Shown: positions 9,716-18,461 of the stretch, piece after piece | Layout: each line of letters begins with the position of its first letter | How positions within the stretch are numbered: position 1 is the stretch's first letter | Assembly: GCA_937891845.1 (NCBI GenBank) | Contig: CALATP010000064.1 | Location: 14,567-78,566 of the forward strand | Reading direction: 5' to 3' | DNA: 64,000 bases | DNA from: an uncultured Porphyromonadaceae bacterium | GTDB lineage: Bacteria; Bacteroidota; Bacteroidia; Bacteroidales; Barnesiellaceae_A | Notes under the pieces: generated by a model | What the model saw: only the letters and a program-made list of their open reading frames with translations | Told to the model about the DNA's origin: nothing | Databases searched by the model: none | Made by a program: the position numbers and the translations under genes

Positions 9716-10756
9716 TTAAGCATAGAGTTCGGTGAAAACTTTTCTCAATGCCTCGCACTCTCTCAATTCTTGAAGAGTAATTTCGGCGTGTCCTTTGGTG
9801 TAACCGTTACCCATAATCATAGTAACGTCGCTACCAACGCCTTCTGCTCCAAGAGCAGCCTTGGTAAAGCTTGTTGCCATTGAGAAGAAGTATACGATAC
9901 CGGTGTTTTTGGTACAGAGAATTGAAGTCATCTCAGTAGCCTCGATGTTTACATTGTTGATTGTAATGTCGCACATCTCGCCTTTGGTGAGTTCTTCGAT
10001 TTTGTTGAGTACGGCAACCGAGTCGGTAGCATCGGCCGAGAATACAACGTCGCAGAAACCGAGTTTTTGCAATCTTTCAGTACTCTTTTGGCTGTGGCAT
10101 AGACCTATGACTTTACCTGTTACACCGGCGCGTTTTTTAGCTTCATAGCAGCAGAGCATACCCGATTTACCACCGGCACCGATGATGAGAACAGTATCGC
10201 CCGGTTTCACGAGCTTGGCTGTTTGTGCGGGAGCACCTGCAACGTCGAGAGCCGAAAGAGCAAGTTTCTCGGGAAGGTCAGAAGGTATCTTGGCATATAT
10301 ACCGCTTTCGAAAAGGATAGCTTTACCCTTGATGTCTACTTGGTCTACTTCGGGACGAACCTCGAGAATCTCATCGATGCGAAGGGGTGTGAGCGAAAGT
10401 GACACTAGTGTGGCAATTTTATCACCAACCTTGAGGTCGATTTTGTCGGCGAGAGCATCACCGATTTTTTCGACAGTACCGAGTAGCATACCACCCGAAC
10501 CGGTCCAAGGATTGCGGTGTTTGCCTTGAGTCTCTACAATCCACATCATTGTCTCTTTGATTTTCTCGATGTCACCATCACATCTTCTAGATATCTCGGT
10601 GAATGAGGCAGAGTCGATGTTGAGAGTTTGAACGTCAATGAGGATTTCATTGTCGTAAATTTCATCCATATTGTTGTCCAACTTGTTGGCAGGTTGAGGG
10701 AGAACGCCTTGAGGCTCAAGTACGCGGTGTATACCGTATTTGTTACCTTTTTTCAT
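9716..10756 (-). CDS. kdd: L-erythro-3,5-diaminohexanoate dehydrogenase
   Basis: 346-aa ORF with a Rossmann motif (VLIIGAGGKSGMLC). Its size and operon position match Kdd of the lysine fermentation pathway. Confidence 0.85.
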   Translation of the reverse strand: MKKGNKYGIHRVLEPQGVLPQPANKLDNNMDEIYDNEILIDVQTLNIDSASFTEISRRCDGDIEKIKETMMWIVETQGKHRNPWTGSGGMLLGTVEKIGDALADKIDLKVGDKIATLVSLSLTPLRIDEILEVRPEVDQVDIKGKAILFESGIYAKIPSDLPEKLALSALDVAGAPAQTAKLVKPGDTVLIIGAGGKSGMLCCYEAKKRAGVTGKVIGLCHSQKSTERLQKLGFCDVVFSADATDSVAVLNKIEELTKGEMCDITINNVNIEATEMTSILCTKNTGIVYFFSMATSFTKAALGAEGVGSDVTMIMGNGYTKGHAEITLQELRECEALRKVFTELYA

Positions 10757-10797
10757 TTTTTCTTGTGTTTTTACAGTTATTGAATTATGTTATTTTA

Positions 10798-11625
10798 TTA
10801 TTTGCGTGCGGGGAGTGATAATATTTCACGAGCTTCGGCCGATGTTGCGATTTCGCGACCCAACTCTTTGGCTATTCTCACTACCTTGGCTACTAATTCG
10901 CCGTTAGACTTGGCAAGTACGCCTCTTTCGAGGTAAAGGTTGTCTTCAAAACCTACGCGCACATTACCACCCATAGCAATAGCGTGTGCTGCTAATGTGA
11001 ATGCGTGGCGACCTATGCCTGTGGCTGTCCAAGTAGAGCCTGCGGGAATGGCATTGACCATCCAAGCAAGATTTTGTACGGTGGCAGGGGTACATCCGGG
11101 TACACCTAATACAAAGTTGAATTGCATAGGCGTTCCGGGCACTTGTCCTTTTCTAGCCATATTGAGAACGGTGTCGAGGTGACCCATTTCAAAGCACTCA
11201 TATTCGGGCTTGATGTTGTTTTCGATCATTCTCTTGCCAAAGTCTCTCATCATAGGCATTGTGTTCTCAAACACGTCATCGCCAAAGTTGCAAGTACCGC
11301 AGTCGAGTGTTGCCATCTCGGGGAATAACTCGGTGGGTTGCAAACGCTCGTCGGCACTCATACCAACAGCACCACCGGTAGAAGGAATGATAATAACATC
11401 GGGGCACTCTTTGTAGATGGCGTCGATGCACTCTTTAAAGCGTGCCTTGTCTTGAGTAGGAGTACCGTCATCGAGACGCACGTGTAGGTGTACAATAGCT
11501 GCACCGGCATCAACAGCCGACTTTGCCTCTCTTACGATTTCTTCTACTGTGTAGGGTACAGCGGGGTTTTGTTCTTTTGTAACCTCGGCACCGCATATCG
11601 CGGCTGTAATGATAAGTTTTTCCAT
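10798..11625 (-). CDS. kce: 3-keto-5-aminohexanoate cleavage enzyme (BKACE/DUF849 family)
   Basis: 275-aa ORF. The N-terminus (MEKLIITAAICGAEVTKEQNPAVPYTVEEI) and HLHVR motif are typical of the BKACE family. Confidence 0.87.
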   Translation of the reverse strand: MEKLIITAAICGAEVTKEQNPAVPYTVEEIVREAKSAVDAGAAIVHLHVRLDDGTPTQDKARFKECIDAIYKECPDVIIIPSTGGAVGMSADERLQPTELFPEMATLDCGTCNFGDDVFENTMPMMRDFGKRMIENNIKPEYECFEMGHLDTVLNMARKGQVPGTPMQFNFVLGVPGCTPATVQNLAWMVNAIPAGSTWTATGIGRHAFTLAAHAIAMGGNVRVGFEDNLYLERGVLAKSNGELVAKVVRIAKELGREIATSAEAREILSLPARK

Positions 11626-11640
11626 ATAGTCGCTATGTTG

Positions 11641-12027
11641 TTATTTTCTTTGACAAGATTTGGGTGTAACGCAAGTACCGCTGGCACGACATACAACGAT
11701 GGGCTCTTCGAGAACGTCGCAAGCCGAAGGTGAAATATCGGGGCGGGGAACAATGACTTTGCGAGCTTCAAAAACCATCTTGCGAGAAGTGTTGCCTTCC
11801 GAAACGATTTCGCCTTCTGCTTCGATATAGTCACCGGCATAAACAGGAGCCATAAATTCGATGTTGTCGTATGCTTTGAAGAGTCCTTCATCGCCATCGC
11901 GTTGGATGAGGAGTTCGGTAGCAACATCACCAAAGAGTTGAAGCATTCTTGCACCATCAACGAGATTGCCACCGTAGTGGGCATCGTGGCTGCTCATACG
12001 CAGTCTGATAATAGATTTGTGTGCCAT
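11641..12027 (-). CDS. kal: 3-aminobutyryl-CoA ammonia-lyase (hotdog fold)
   Basis: 128-aa ORF ([33 protein letters not shown]) located directly after kce, as in known lysine fermentation clusters. Confidence 0.8.
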   Translation of the reverse strand: MAHKSIIRLRMSSHDAHYGGNLVDGARMLQLFGDVATELLIQRDGDEGLFKAYDNIEFMAPVYAGDYIEAEGEIVSEGNTSRKMVFEARKVIVPRPDISPSACDVLEEPIVVCRASGTCVTPKSCQRK

Positions 12028-12103
12028 AGTATTATGGGGTTTTAGGTTTATTGCTTGCTGGTCTTATTCATTATATCCGCAGCAATATGTTTGTTATTTG
12101 CTA

Positions 12104-12754
12104 TTATTGTTTTTTGTATATATAGTCGACATATACACCCGAAGTGTGTATGGTCTCGGGAGCCAATTCTCCTGTTTTCACCACTTGCTCGGCCTCGGCA
12201 ATTACAAGGTCGGCGGCTGTGGCCATAATAGGGTTGAAGTTTTGTGTTGTGCCCTTGTATATGAGGTTGCCCGACTCATCGGCAATAGATGCGCCAATGA
12301 TGGCAACGTCGGCTCCGAGGGGCTTTTCAAGGAGGTATTCTTTGCCGTCAACGGTGATGATTTCTTTGCCTTCGGCTACGATTGTACCCAATCCTGTAGC
12401 TGTGAGAACACCACCCAAGCCTGCACCTTTGGCTCTGATGCGCTCGGCAAGTGTGCCTTGAGGGCAAAATTCTATTTCCAACTCACCGGCATTCATCTGG
12501 TTGGCAGTCTCGGGGTTAGTGCCGATATGCGATACATAGAGTTTCTTTACTTGATGATTGACAATGAGTTTGCCCAACGATTTGTCGGGGAAAGCGGTGT
12601 CATTACAGATGATGGTAAGGTCTTTAACGCCTTTTTCAACAAGAGCATCAACAATTTGTGTGGGTGCTCCTACGGCTAGAAAGCCACCAATCATTAGTGT
12701 CATACCGTCTTGTATTTTATCAACGGCTTCTTGGAGTGTGATTTCCTTGTTCAT
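12104..12754 (-). CDS. atoD: Family I CoA-transferase subunit A
   Basis: 216-aa ORF with an N-terminus (MNKEITLQEAVDKIQDGMTLMIGGFLAVGAP) typical of 3-oxoacid CoA-transferase A subunits. It is the first gene of the operon. Confidence 0.85.
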   Translation of the reverse strand: MNKEITLQEAVDKIQDGMTLMIGGFLAVGAPTQIVDALVEKGVKDLTIICNDTAFPDKSLGKLIVNHQVKKLYVSHIGTNPETANQMNAGELEIEFCPQGTLAERIRAKGAGLGGVLTATGLGTIVAEGKEIITVDGKEYLLEKPLGADVAIIGASIADESGNLIYKGTTQNFNPIMATAADLVIAEAEQVVKTGELAPETIHTSGVYVDYIYKKQ

Positions 12755-12786
12755 AGTATATTGTTTAATTAATTTTCTTTAGTTGG

Positions 12787-12794
12787 CAAATATA
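12787..12794 (-). promoter_or_regulatory. Candidate Bacteroidota -7 promoter box (TAnnTTTG) for the lysine operon
   Basis: The plus strand reads CAAATATA, which is TATATTTG on the minus strand, 33-40 nt upstream of the atoD ATG. This is a motif match only. Confidence 0.3.
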
Positions 12795-12831
12795 ATCAAA
12801 TTTTTGTTAGAAGCATAGTAGTTTTGTGCTT

Positions 12832-12849
12832 TTTTTACATATGTAAAAA
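12832..12849. promoter_or_regulatory. Perfect 18-bp palindrome upstream of the lysine operon (operator candidate)
   Basis: TTTTTACATATGTAAAAA reads identically on both strands and lies about 80-95 nt upstream of the atoD start. Confidence 0.3.
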
Positions 12850-12913
12850 GGTTGTTATATAAAAGGCGATTTTGCGTTGGTGTATTCTTGATAGCGATAT
12901 GGTAGATGGCGGG

Positions 12914-12958
12914 TAAAGAAACGGCATCCACGATAGTGTGTTGCTGTCGTGGACGCCG
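12914..12958 (-). terminator. Intrinsic terminator downstream of the 431-aa gene
   Basis: On the minus strand, the stem CGGCGTCCACGACAG...CTATCGTGGATGCCG is followed by TTTCTTT. Confidence 0.5.
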
Positions 12959-13003
12959 TGAGTGGAAACTTATTGTTGTGAGCTTATGACAAGAACGGTT
13001 TCA

Positions 13004-14299
13004 TTATTGTGCTATGAGTCTTACGGTGCTTCGTTGTGTGATGTTGGGAATCTTACCGGATGTGTTGATGGGTTTAATGATATTGCGAGGTACTATTGCT
13101 TGTGACGGTGCCAAATCGGCGGCAACTGCCTCGGCGGGTGTTGTAAATCGCACTTCGGTAACGGGTCCCCACTCACCATTGATGTTCTTGGCTGCAGCAA
13201 TGGCTACACACTCGGTATTGGGATTGATTTGATAGTCGGTTGTCAACTCTTCAAATTGATACCAACCGGTCATAGGCATAGGAGGCTCGCTGCAAAGCTC
13301 TGCTTTGATAGCTTCGGCTTCAGGATCGTAATTCTCGGCAGTGTATACACTCATACGATAAGCACTGGCTTGGTCGTTGGGGGTGAAAGTGATGAATTGG
13401 CTAGGAAGCATTTCGCCACCCCAGTCTTGCATCTTGTAATCGCCCAATGTTATAGTTACTTCGGCTGTTCCTTCACCACCTAGTGCTGTGGTTGTTAGCT
13501 CGTACACGAAATGGGGTGTCATTGTGCCTTCGGCATCCCACATCTGAATGAAAACTTCGTATTCGGTACCGGGTGTCATACTGGTCCAAGTGAAAGAGGC
13601 TTCCTCGGTATATTGTACGCCCCACATTTCAATCATTTGTCCGATGTTGGAGAATCCGAACATAGGTGCGAATGATTCGTATTGAGTTTGCAGAGTGCCT
13701 TTTTCGCCTGCAACAACACTATATTTGGTAACATCGGCATTGGGCTTGAATGTGAGTGTAAATTCAAATTGTTGAATATCGGTTTCAACTACTTCTACTT
13801 GCGGGTTGCCTACGATGGGTTTTGAGGGTGTCGTGAAAGCTGCTTTTTTTACGTCGCAAAGTACACCGTATCCGTCGATACCAACTGTGATAATTGTGTA
13901 TTCGGTGTTGGGTTCAAACTCCATACCGCTCATCTCGGCATTTTCAAAATCCTGATAATAGGCGTTGGGTGAGTCTTTGTCTACGAGAGAGGCCAATGTT
14001 TCATCATCGTAAAGAGAGATGGCTGCAGTAGGAAAGCAAGATAATTTGAATGATTGACATTCTGTTGTGCGTTGTACGCTCAATATTACCTTTTCGAGTG
14101 TCACTTCTTTGATGGTAACGTCGGCTGCTACTTCGCCATATATGGTTTCAAACTCTATATAATCTACTTTGTCGAGGATGTATCCTTGTATATTGCCCGA
14201 TTTTTGATATATCAACAAGCGATTTACGTCGTCGGTAGCTTGAGCAAAAAGTGTTAGGCAGATAATAGCTGATAGTATTGAGGTGAATAATCTTTTCAT
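13004..14299 (-). CDS. Secreted hypothetical protein (signal peptide, beta-rich)
   Basis: 431-aa ORF with a signal peptide (MKRLFTSILSAIICLTLFAQA). I recognise no family. Its start overlaps the stop of the upstream T9SS-CTD gene by 4 nt. Confidence 0.7.
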   Translation of the reverse strand: MKRLFTSILSAIICLTLFAQATDDVNRLLIYQKSGNIQGYILDKVDYIEFETIYGEVAADVTIKEVTLEKVILSVQRTTECQSFKLSCFPTAAISLYDDETLASLVDKDSPNAYYQDFENAEMSGMEFEPNTEYTIITVGIDGYGVLCDVKKAAFTTPSKPIVGNPQVEVVETDIQQFEFTLTFKPNADVTKYSVVAGEKGTLQTQYESFAPMFGFSNIGQMIEMWGVQYTEEASFTWTSMTPGTEYEVFIQMWDAEGTMTPHFVYELTTTALGGEGTAEVTITLGDYKMQDWGGEMLPSQFITFTPNDQASAYRMSVYTAENYDPEAEAIKAELCSEPPMPMTGWYQFEELTTDYQINPNTECVAIAAAKNINGEWGPVTEVRFTTPAEAVAADLAPSQAIVPRNIIKPINTSGKIPNITQRSTVRLIAQ

Positions 14300-14784
14300 A
14301 ATTTTATAAATTTAAGAGTTGTGTTTTGAATGTTGATAAAATATACGCCCGATGGGAGGTGTGAAACATTGATGGTGTTGCCATCCCATTGTGCTACTCC
14401 CATAACGTATGCGCCTGTTGCCGAAAATATCTTGATGTCGGAACCAAGCAATTCGTCGCCACCTCTTATCGATAAGATGTCGCGTGCGGGATTGGGTGAA
14501 AGTACTACTTGAGTATCGTTCTCGATGGCTTCGATACTCGCATCATTTATAAATGATATTCTCTCAATCTGTCTGTAATCAAAGTACAGAACGTCGGTGG
14601 AGTTTTCGTATAAAATGCTTAACTCTGACGGGTCAAATTTGATTTGAGAAACATCAGATATGGCCACATCTGTGGGGGTTGCTCCCGATTCGTAAGGCTG
14701 AATCCGAATGAGCATCTTGGCACTCGTGCTTAGTGATATTAAGCACAGTGTTGCTACGATTAACAGATAAATTTTTAATTTCAT
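14296..14784 (-). CDS. Small T9SS C-terminal-sorting-domain protein
   Basis: I trimmed the ORF to the internal ATG that gives a signal peptide (MKLKIYLLIVATLCLISLSTSA). The C-terminus (LSPNPARDILSI...IFSATGAYV...LPSGVYFINIQNTTLKFIKL) is a typical T9SS CTD. Confidence 0.75.
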   Translation of the reverse strand: MKLKIYLLIVATLCLISLSTSAKMLIRIQPYESGATPTDVAISDVSQIKFDPSELSILYENSTDVLYFDYRQIERISFINDASIEAIENDTQVVLSPNPARDILSIRGGDELLGSDIKIFSATGAYVMGVAQWDGNTINVSHLPSGVYFINIQNTTLKFIKL

Positions 14785-15094
14785 AAATATATAATTTGGG
14801 TTAGCTTTTGCAAATGTGGAATTAATTTTTATAAAAACAATAGAAAAGTGTTTGATTTTATTTATTTTGTATAATAATTTGATATATGTCAATTCTCTTG
14901 TTGAATTTCATATGTAAATAGGATAGTGATATCGATAAAAAATGAATAAGTGGGGTCGCATAACGATTGATGCAATCTCGACAATAAACAAGGAGTTAGA
15001 GGCGGAGTTGTGAACCTCAAATAGTGCGATTCTAAAATTGTAGGATGAAAACGTATTCTAACTCTTTTTTTTATGAACGGGTTTGGCGTATGTG

Positions 15095-15127
15095 CCAAAA
15101 GTGGATGTTTCGTTTTGATACATCCAC
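15095..15127 (-). terminator. Intrinsic terminator after the hybrid kinase gene
   Basis: On the minus strand, GTGGATGT-loop-ACATCCAC is followed by TTTTGG, about 25 nt after the stop at 15153. Confidence 0.5.
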
Positions 15128-15152
15128 TATGTGACGTGTGAGCTAATATGTG

Positions 15153-16571
15153 TTATGGTTGCTTGTTGTATTGCGATGGGGTGATGCCGTATATCTGTTT
15201 GAATGCACGAGTGAAGTTGGAGCTTTCTTCGTAGCCACAGCGTTGCGCAACTTCGGCTATAGTGTATCCGTTGTCCGAGTCTAATAGTCGTTTGGCTCGG
15301 TTCATACGCACTTGAAGGATATATTTACTAAGGCTCTCTCCTGTAATGGCCGTTATTTTACGGCTCAGCTGCTTGTTGCATATGCATAGTGCCGATGCTA
15401 TCTCGGTGGGAGTAACATTTTGCTGTGCCATAAGGGTGTAGATAATATCTATTACTTTGTTTAGGAAGGCCTGATCGGCTTTGCTTATATTGGTGTCATT
15501 TTCTTTTATCTCGGACGGGTTGTTTCGGGCAAAATTCTCTTGAATTCGTCTTCGATGTTGTAGTGATGTGTTGATGGTGGCGTTTAGTTCATCGGCGTTA
15601 AAGGGTTTGTAGATGTATGTATTTATACCAGCTTTTATACCCTCTATTTTGTTTTCCTCGGTACTTCGGGCTGTTATTGCTATGATGGGTATGTGGTTGA
15701 GTATCTCCGACTGGCGTATTTGACGACACATCTCCAGACCGTCCATACCAGGCATCATAATATCGGTTATAATAATGTCGGGCACAATGTCCAATGCAAT
15801 CTTTATGCCTTCGTTACCATTGTGTGCATATTGAATATGTGCATCTTTTACGACTGCGCCAATATATGATAGAATATCGTTGTTATCTTCTACAACAAGT
15901 ATGATAGGTTTGTTGTCATCTAGTTCGTTATTTGTTTCTGTCGTAGGTGCTTCTCCTTCATCGTGTAGCAACACGTTGTCTACTGTGTTGGATGGTAATT
16001 CTTCCCATTGACCGTTACCTTGTTTCAAGGGCAAGGTGATGATGAATACACTGCCTTCGTTTTCGGCACTTTTTATTATGATGCTACCATTCATTGCTTC
16101 TATGAGTTGTCGCACCAATGAGAGTCCTATGCCTGAGCCTATTTCCGGCTTGCCATTTTCCCCTTGATAGAATACGTCAAAGATGTGTGGTATCTCTTTA
16201 CGAGCTATGCCACAGCCATTATCTGCAACACATATACAGAGTTTCTCTCCTTGTATATCGGCCGTGATGTATATGCGTCCATTTTCGGGTGTGAATTTTA
16301 TGGCGTTGGCGACAAGATTGGTTATTATTTTGTTTATGTAGTCGGGTATGAAGTCCATTAGAATGCGAGGCTGAACAGGAGAGAAGAGTAGCGATATGTG
16401 TTTGCGTTGAGCCAGTTCTCGTGTACACTCAACTACTGTGTGTATATATCCGGCTATGTCGCCGTGTTTGTACTCTTGAACGCTTGCTACCGATTTCATT
16501 TTGGTGATGTCCAAAATTTGGTTGATGAGCAATAGTAAATTGCGACCTTGTCGTGCTATCATATTGCCCAT
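15153..16571 (-). CDS. Hybrid sensor kinase/response regulator, C-terminal fragment (HATPase + receiver + AraC HTH)
   Basis: 472 aa. It has ATPase N-box (NLVANAIKFT), G-boxes (DNGCGI, GSGIGLSLV), a receiver (VVEDNNDIL...ITDIMMPGMDG...YKPF) and an AraC-type HTH (GYEESSNFTRAFKQIYGITPSQY). The H-box is missing because it lies in the upstream ORF. Confidence 0.8.
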   Translation of the reverse strand: MGNMIARQGRNLLLLINQILDITKMKSVASVQEYKHGDIAGYIHTVVECTRELAQRKHISLLFSPVQPRILMDFIPDYINKIITNLVANAIKFTPENGRIYITADIQGEKLCICVADNGCGIARKEIPHIFDVFYQGENGKPEIGSGIGLSLVRQLIEAMNGSIIIKSAENEGSVFIITLPLKQGNGQWEELPSNTVDNVLLHDEGEAPTTETNNELDDNKPIILVVEDNNDILSYIGAVVKDAHIQYAHNGNEGIKIALDIVPDIIITDIMMPGMDGLEMCRQIRQSEILNHIPIIAITARSTEENKIEGIKAGINTYIYKPFNADELNATINTSLQHRRRIQENFARNNPSEIKENDTNISKADQAFLNKVIDIIYTLMAQQNVTPTEIASALCICNKQLSRKITAITGESLSKYILQVRMNRAKRLLDSDNGYTIAEVAQRCGYEESSNFTRAFKQIYGITPSQYNKQP

Positions 16572-16594
16572 TTCGGCAATCCTATCGGCGCTAA

Positions 16595-17980
16595 TTACCC
16601 CCCCCCACTTATTCTTGTAAGTTCCTCACTTACACCTACTATAACGGTTAGCGGTGTGCGGAATTCGTGTGTTATATTGGTGAAAAAAGAAGTGCGTGCA
16701 TCGTCTAATTGTTGAAGTGCTTGATTGCGCTTTTTTCTCAATGCCAGGGCGTAGGTCAATAGTATAATTGTTGCAATAAATAGTGTGGCGATAGCAATGA
16801 TAGCCCACACCATAATGTTGTTGAAGTTTTTTTCTTGAATGTAGTTGGCTTGTAGGGTTTCAATCTCTTGTTGACGACGCTGATACTCATACTGCACGCG
16901 CTCGTTTTGCATCTGAATGAGATTTTTCTCGCTTATTATACTATCATTGTAGTTGTGACTCTTTTTGTAGTAGGCGAGGGCTTGTGTCGGGTTGCCTGTT
17001 TTTTCGTCTAATACAGATAGCAGGGCGTATATTGATGCCGAATGGTCGCGTGATCGACAGGCAAGGGCTACGGTCTCGGCCTGTGTGAGTAGTTGTCGTG
17101 CTTTTGTATAGTTGCCTTGCTTTATATATAGTTGGGCTAGCGAAAGGCACGAATTGAGCCAATGCCAATCGTCTATACGCCCTTTCATTGTAAAAGCCTT
17201 GTTGTATTCTAAGATGGCGCTGTCTATCTTTCCTTCTTTTTCGTACAGTCCACCAAAGTATTCGTGGCAGAGTGATATGCCAAGGTCTGATTTGGCCTTG
17301 ATGTTCATCTCCATAGACTTGTTGTAGTAGTGCCAGGCCGAGTCTAATAGATTCTTTTGCTCAAAGATTGCTGCAAGGTTGGCGTAGTTGATGGCTTGCC
17401 CCAATGCGCTACCCAACTCGCTTTCTCCTTTCAGTGCTGCGCGAAATACCGAGTCGGCCGTAGAGTAGTCGCCCAATCTTAAACTTATGTTACCTATACC
17501 GTTGAGCGATACAACTCTGTTTTTTCTTGCTCCGTATGTCTCTTTATCGCTATAATTCTCACAATACTTGAGCGCTCTATAATGAAATATGGTAGCATCT
17601 TCAAGCATTCCCATACGACGATAATTGGTACCTATGTTATTGAGGGCATATATAATCTCGGGGGTGTCGCATAGTTGAATAGCGATATTGAGTCCTTGTG
17701 TATGGCTATCTATGGCATCGGCAAATTTATTTAACTCTCGTTGTCGACGACCCAATTGTTTGAGGCACATCATTTGCCCTTCGAGATTGTTTTTGCTCTT
17801 GTATATGTCAAGATGTATAGCAAGTGTGTCGATATTGGAAATTGTGCGCATCAAACTATCGGTATATGATTTTTCTACGGCTGAATATCTTACCGATGAT
17901 GTTTCGCTACAAGATTGTAGTACCATCATTCCAATACCGAATAGAAGAAGTATACAGAAATCTTTCAAATGTATAAACAT
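16595..17980 (-). CDS. Hybrid sensor kinase, N-terminal fragment (TPR sensor + TM + HisKA H-box)
   Basis: 461 aa. It has an N-terminal hydrophobic segment, TPR-like repeats, a TM helix (MVWAIIAIATLFIATIILLTYAL) and an H-box (FFTNITHEFRTPLTVIVG). It ends ...ISGGG* inside the G9 tract. Confidence 0.8.
   Translation of the reverse strand: MFIHLKDFCILLLFGIGMMVLQSCSETSSVRYSAVEKSYTDSLMRTISNIDTLAIHLDIYKSKNNLEGQMMCLKQLGRRQRELNKFADAIDSHTQGLNIAIQLCDTPEIIYALNNIGTNYRRMGMLEDATIFHYRALKYCENYSDKETYGARKNRVVSLNGIGNISLRLGDYSTADSVFRAALKGESELGSALGQAINYANLAAIFEQKNLLDSAWHYYNKSMEMNIKAKSDLGISLCHEYFGGLYEKEGKIDSAILEYNKAFTMKGRIDDWHWLNSCLSLAQLYIKQGNYTKARQLLTQAETVALACRSRDHSASIYALLSVLDEKTGNPTQALAYYKKSHNYNDSIISEKNLIQMQNERVQYEYQRRQQEIETLQANYIQEKNFNNIMVWAIIAIATLFIATIILLTYALALRKKRNQALQQLDDARTSFFTNITHEFRTPLTVIVGVSEELTRISGGG
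16598..16606. repeat. C9/G9 homopolymer at the junction of the two kinase fragments
   Basis: Nine consecutive C on the plus strand (G9 in the coding sense) encode GGG immediately before the TAA that ends the upstream fragment. Confidence 0.9.
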
Positions 17981-18162
17981 AGTGTCATTTGTGAATTTTG
18001 TTTTTAGATAGCTTGTTGCTACTATCGCAAAGGTAATAAAAAATGAGTATCTAAAAACAAATGAATCGAAATAATTTTCAAAGATATTTGCTTAAAACAG
18101 TCATTGAAATATATTGATAATAAATAATATAATATCACAATATGTCCTTATTTTACCATTTG

Positions 18163-18170
18163 TATATTTG
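18163..18170 (+). promoter_or_regulatory. Candidate -7 promoter box (TATATTTG) in the divergent intergenic region
   Basis: It matches TAnnTTTG on the plus strand, 95 nt upstream of the small ORF ATG and 292 nt upstream of the 1,198-aa gene. This is a motif match only. Confidence 0.2.
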
Positions 18171-18264
18171 AAAATGTCCGCGATTGATAATTGATTGTCC
18201 ATATTTGATAAGTATGTTATAGTTATAGGTGCTTAATTTTGCTATTGACTTAAAATGCCCAATT

Positions 18265-18429
18265 ATGAATAACAAAAAGGATCAAACGCAGGTTCATAGT
18301 GAGCTGCTTAACGAAATCAATAAGCAACTCGACCATATCTCGGCGATAGAGCAACGAGATCAGGAAAATGTGCCCAAGAAGGAGTCGTTTTGGCGTAAAT
18401 TCATAGGAATATTTTCAAGAAAAAAATAA
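18265..18429 (+). CDS. Small hypothetical ORF (54 aa from the first ATG)
   Basis: MNNKKDQTQVHSELLNEINKQLDHISAIEQRDQENVPKKESFWRKFIGIFSRKK is hydrophilic and helical-looking. The only support is its position 32 nt upstream of the next gene. Confidence 0.2.
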   Translation: MNNKKDQTQVHSELLNEINKQLDHISAIEQRDQENVPKKESFWRKFIGIFSRKK

Positions 18430-18461
18430 TCAATTTAATTCTATAATAAATACTGCAAGTT

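Noticed and set aside
11544-11984. 146-aa same-strand ORF overlapping kal and the end of kce in another frame.
   Set aside because: kal and kce both have clear family signatures in their own frames. The overlapping frame has no recognisable features.
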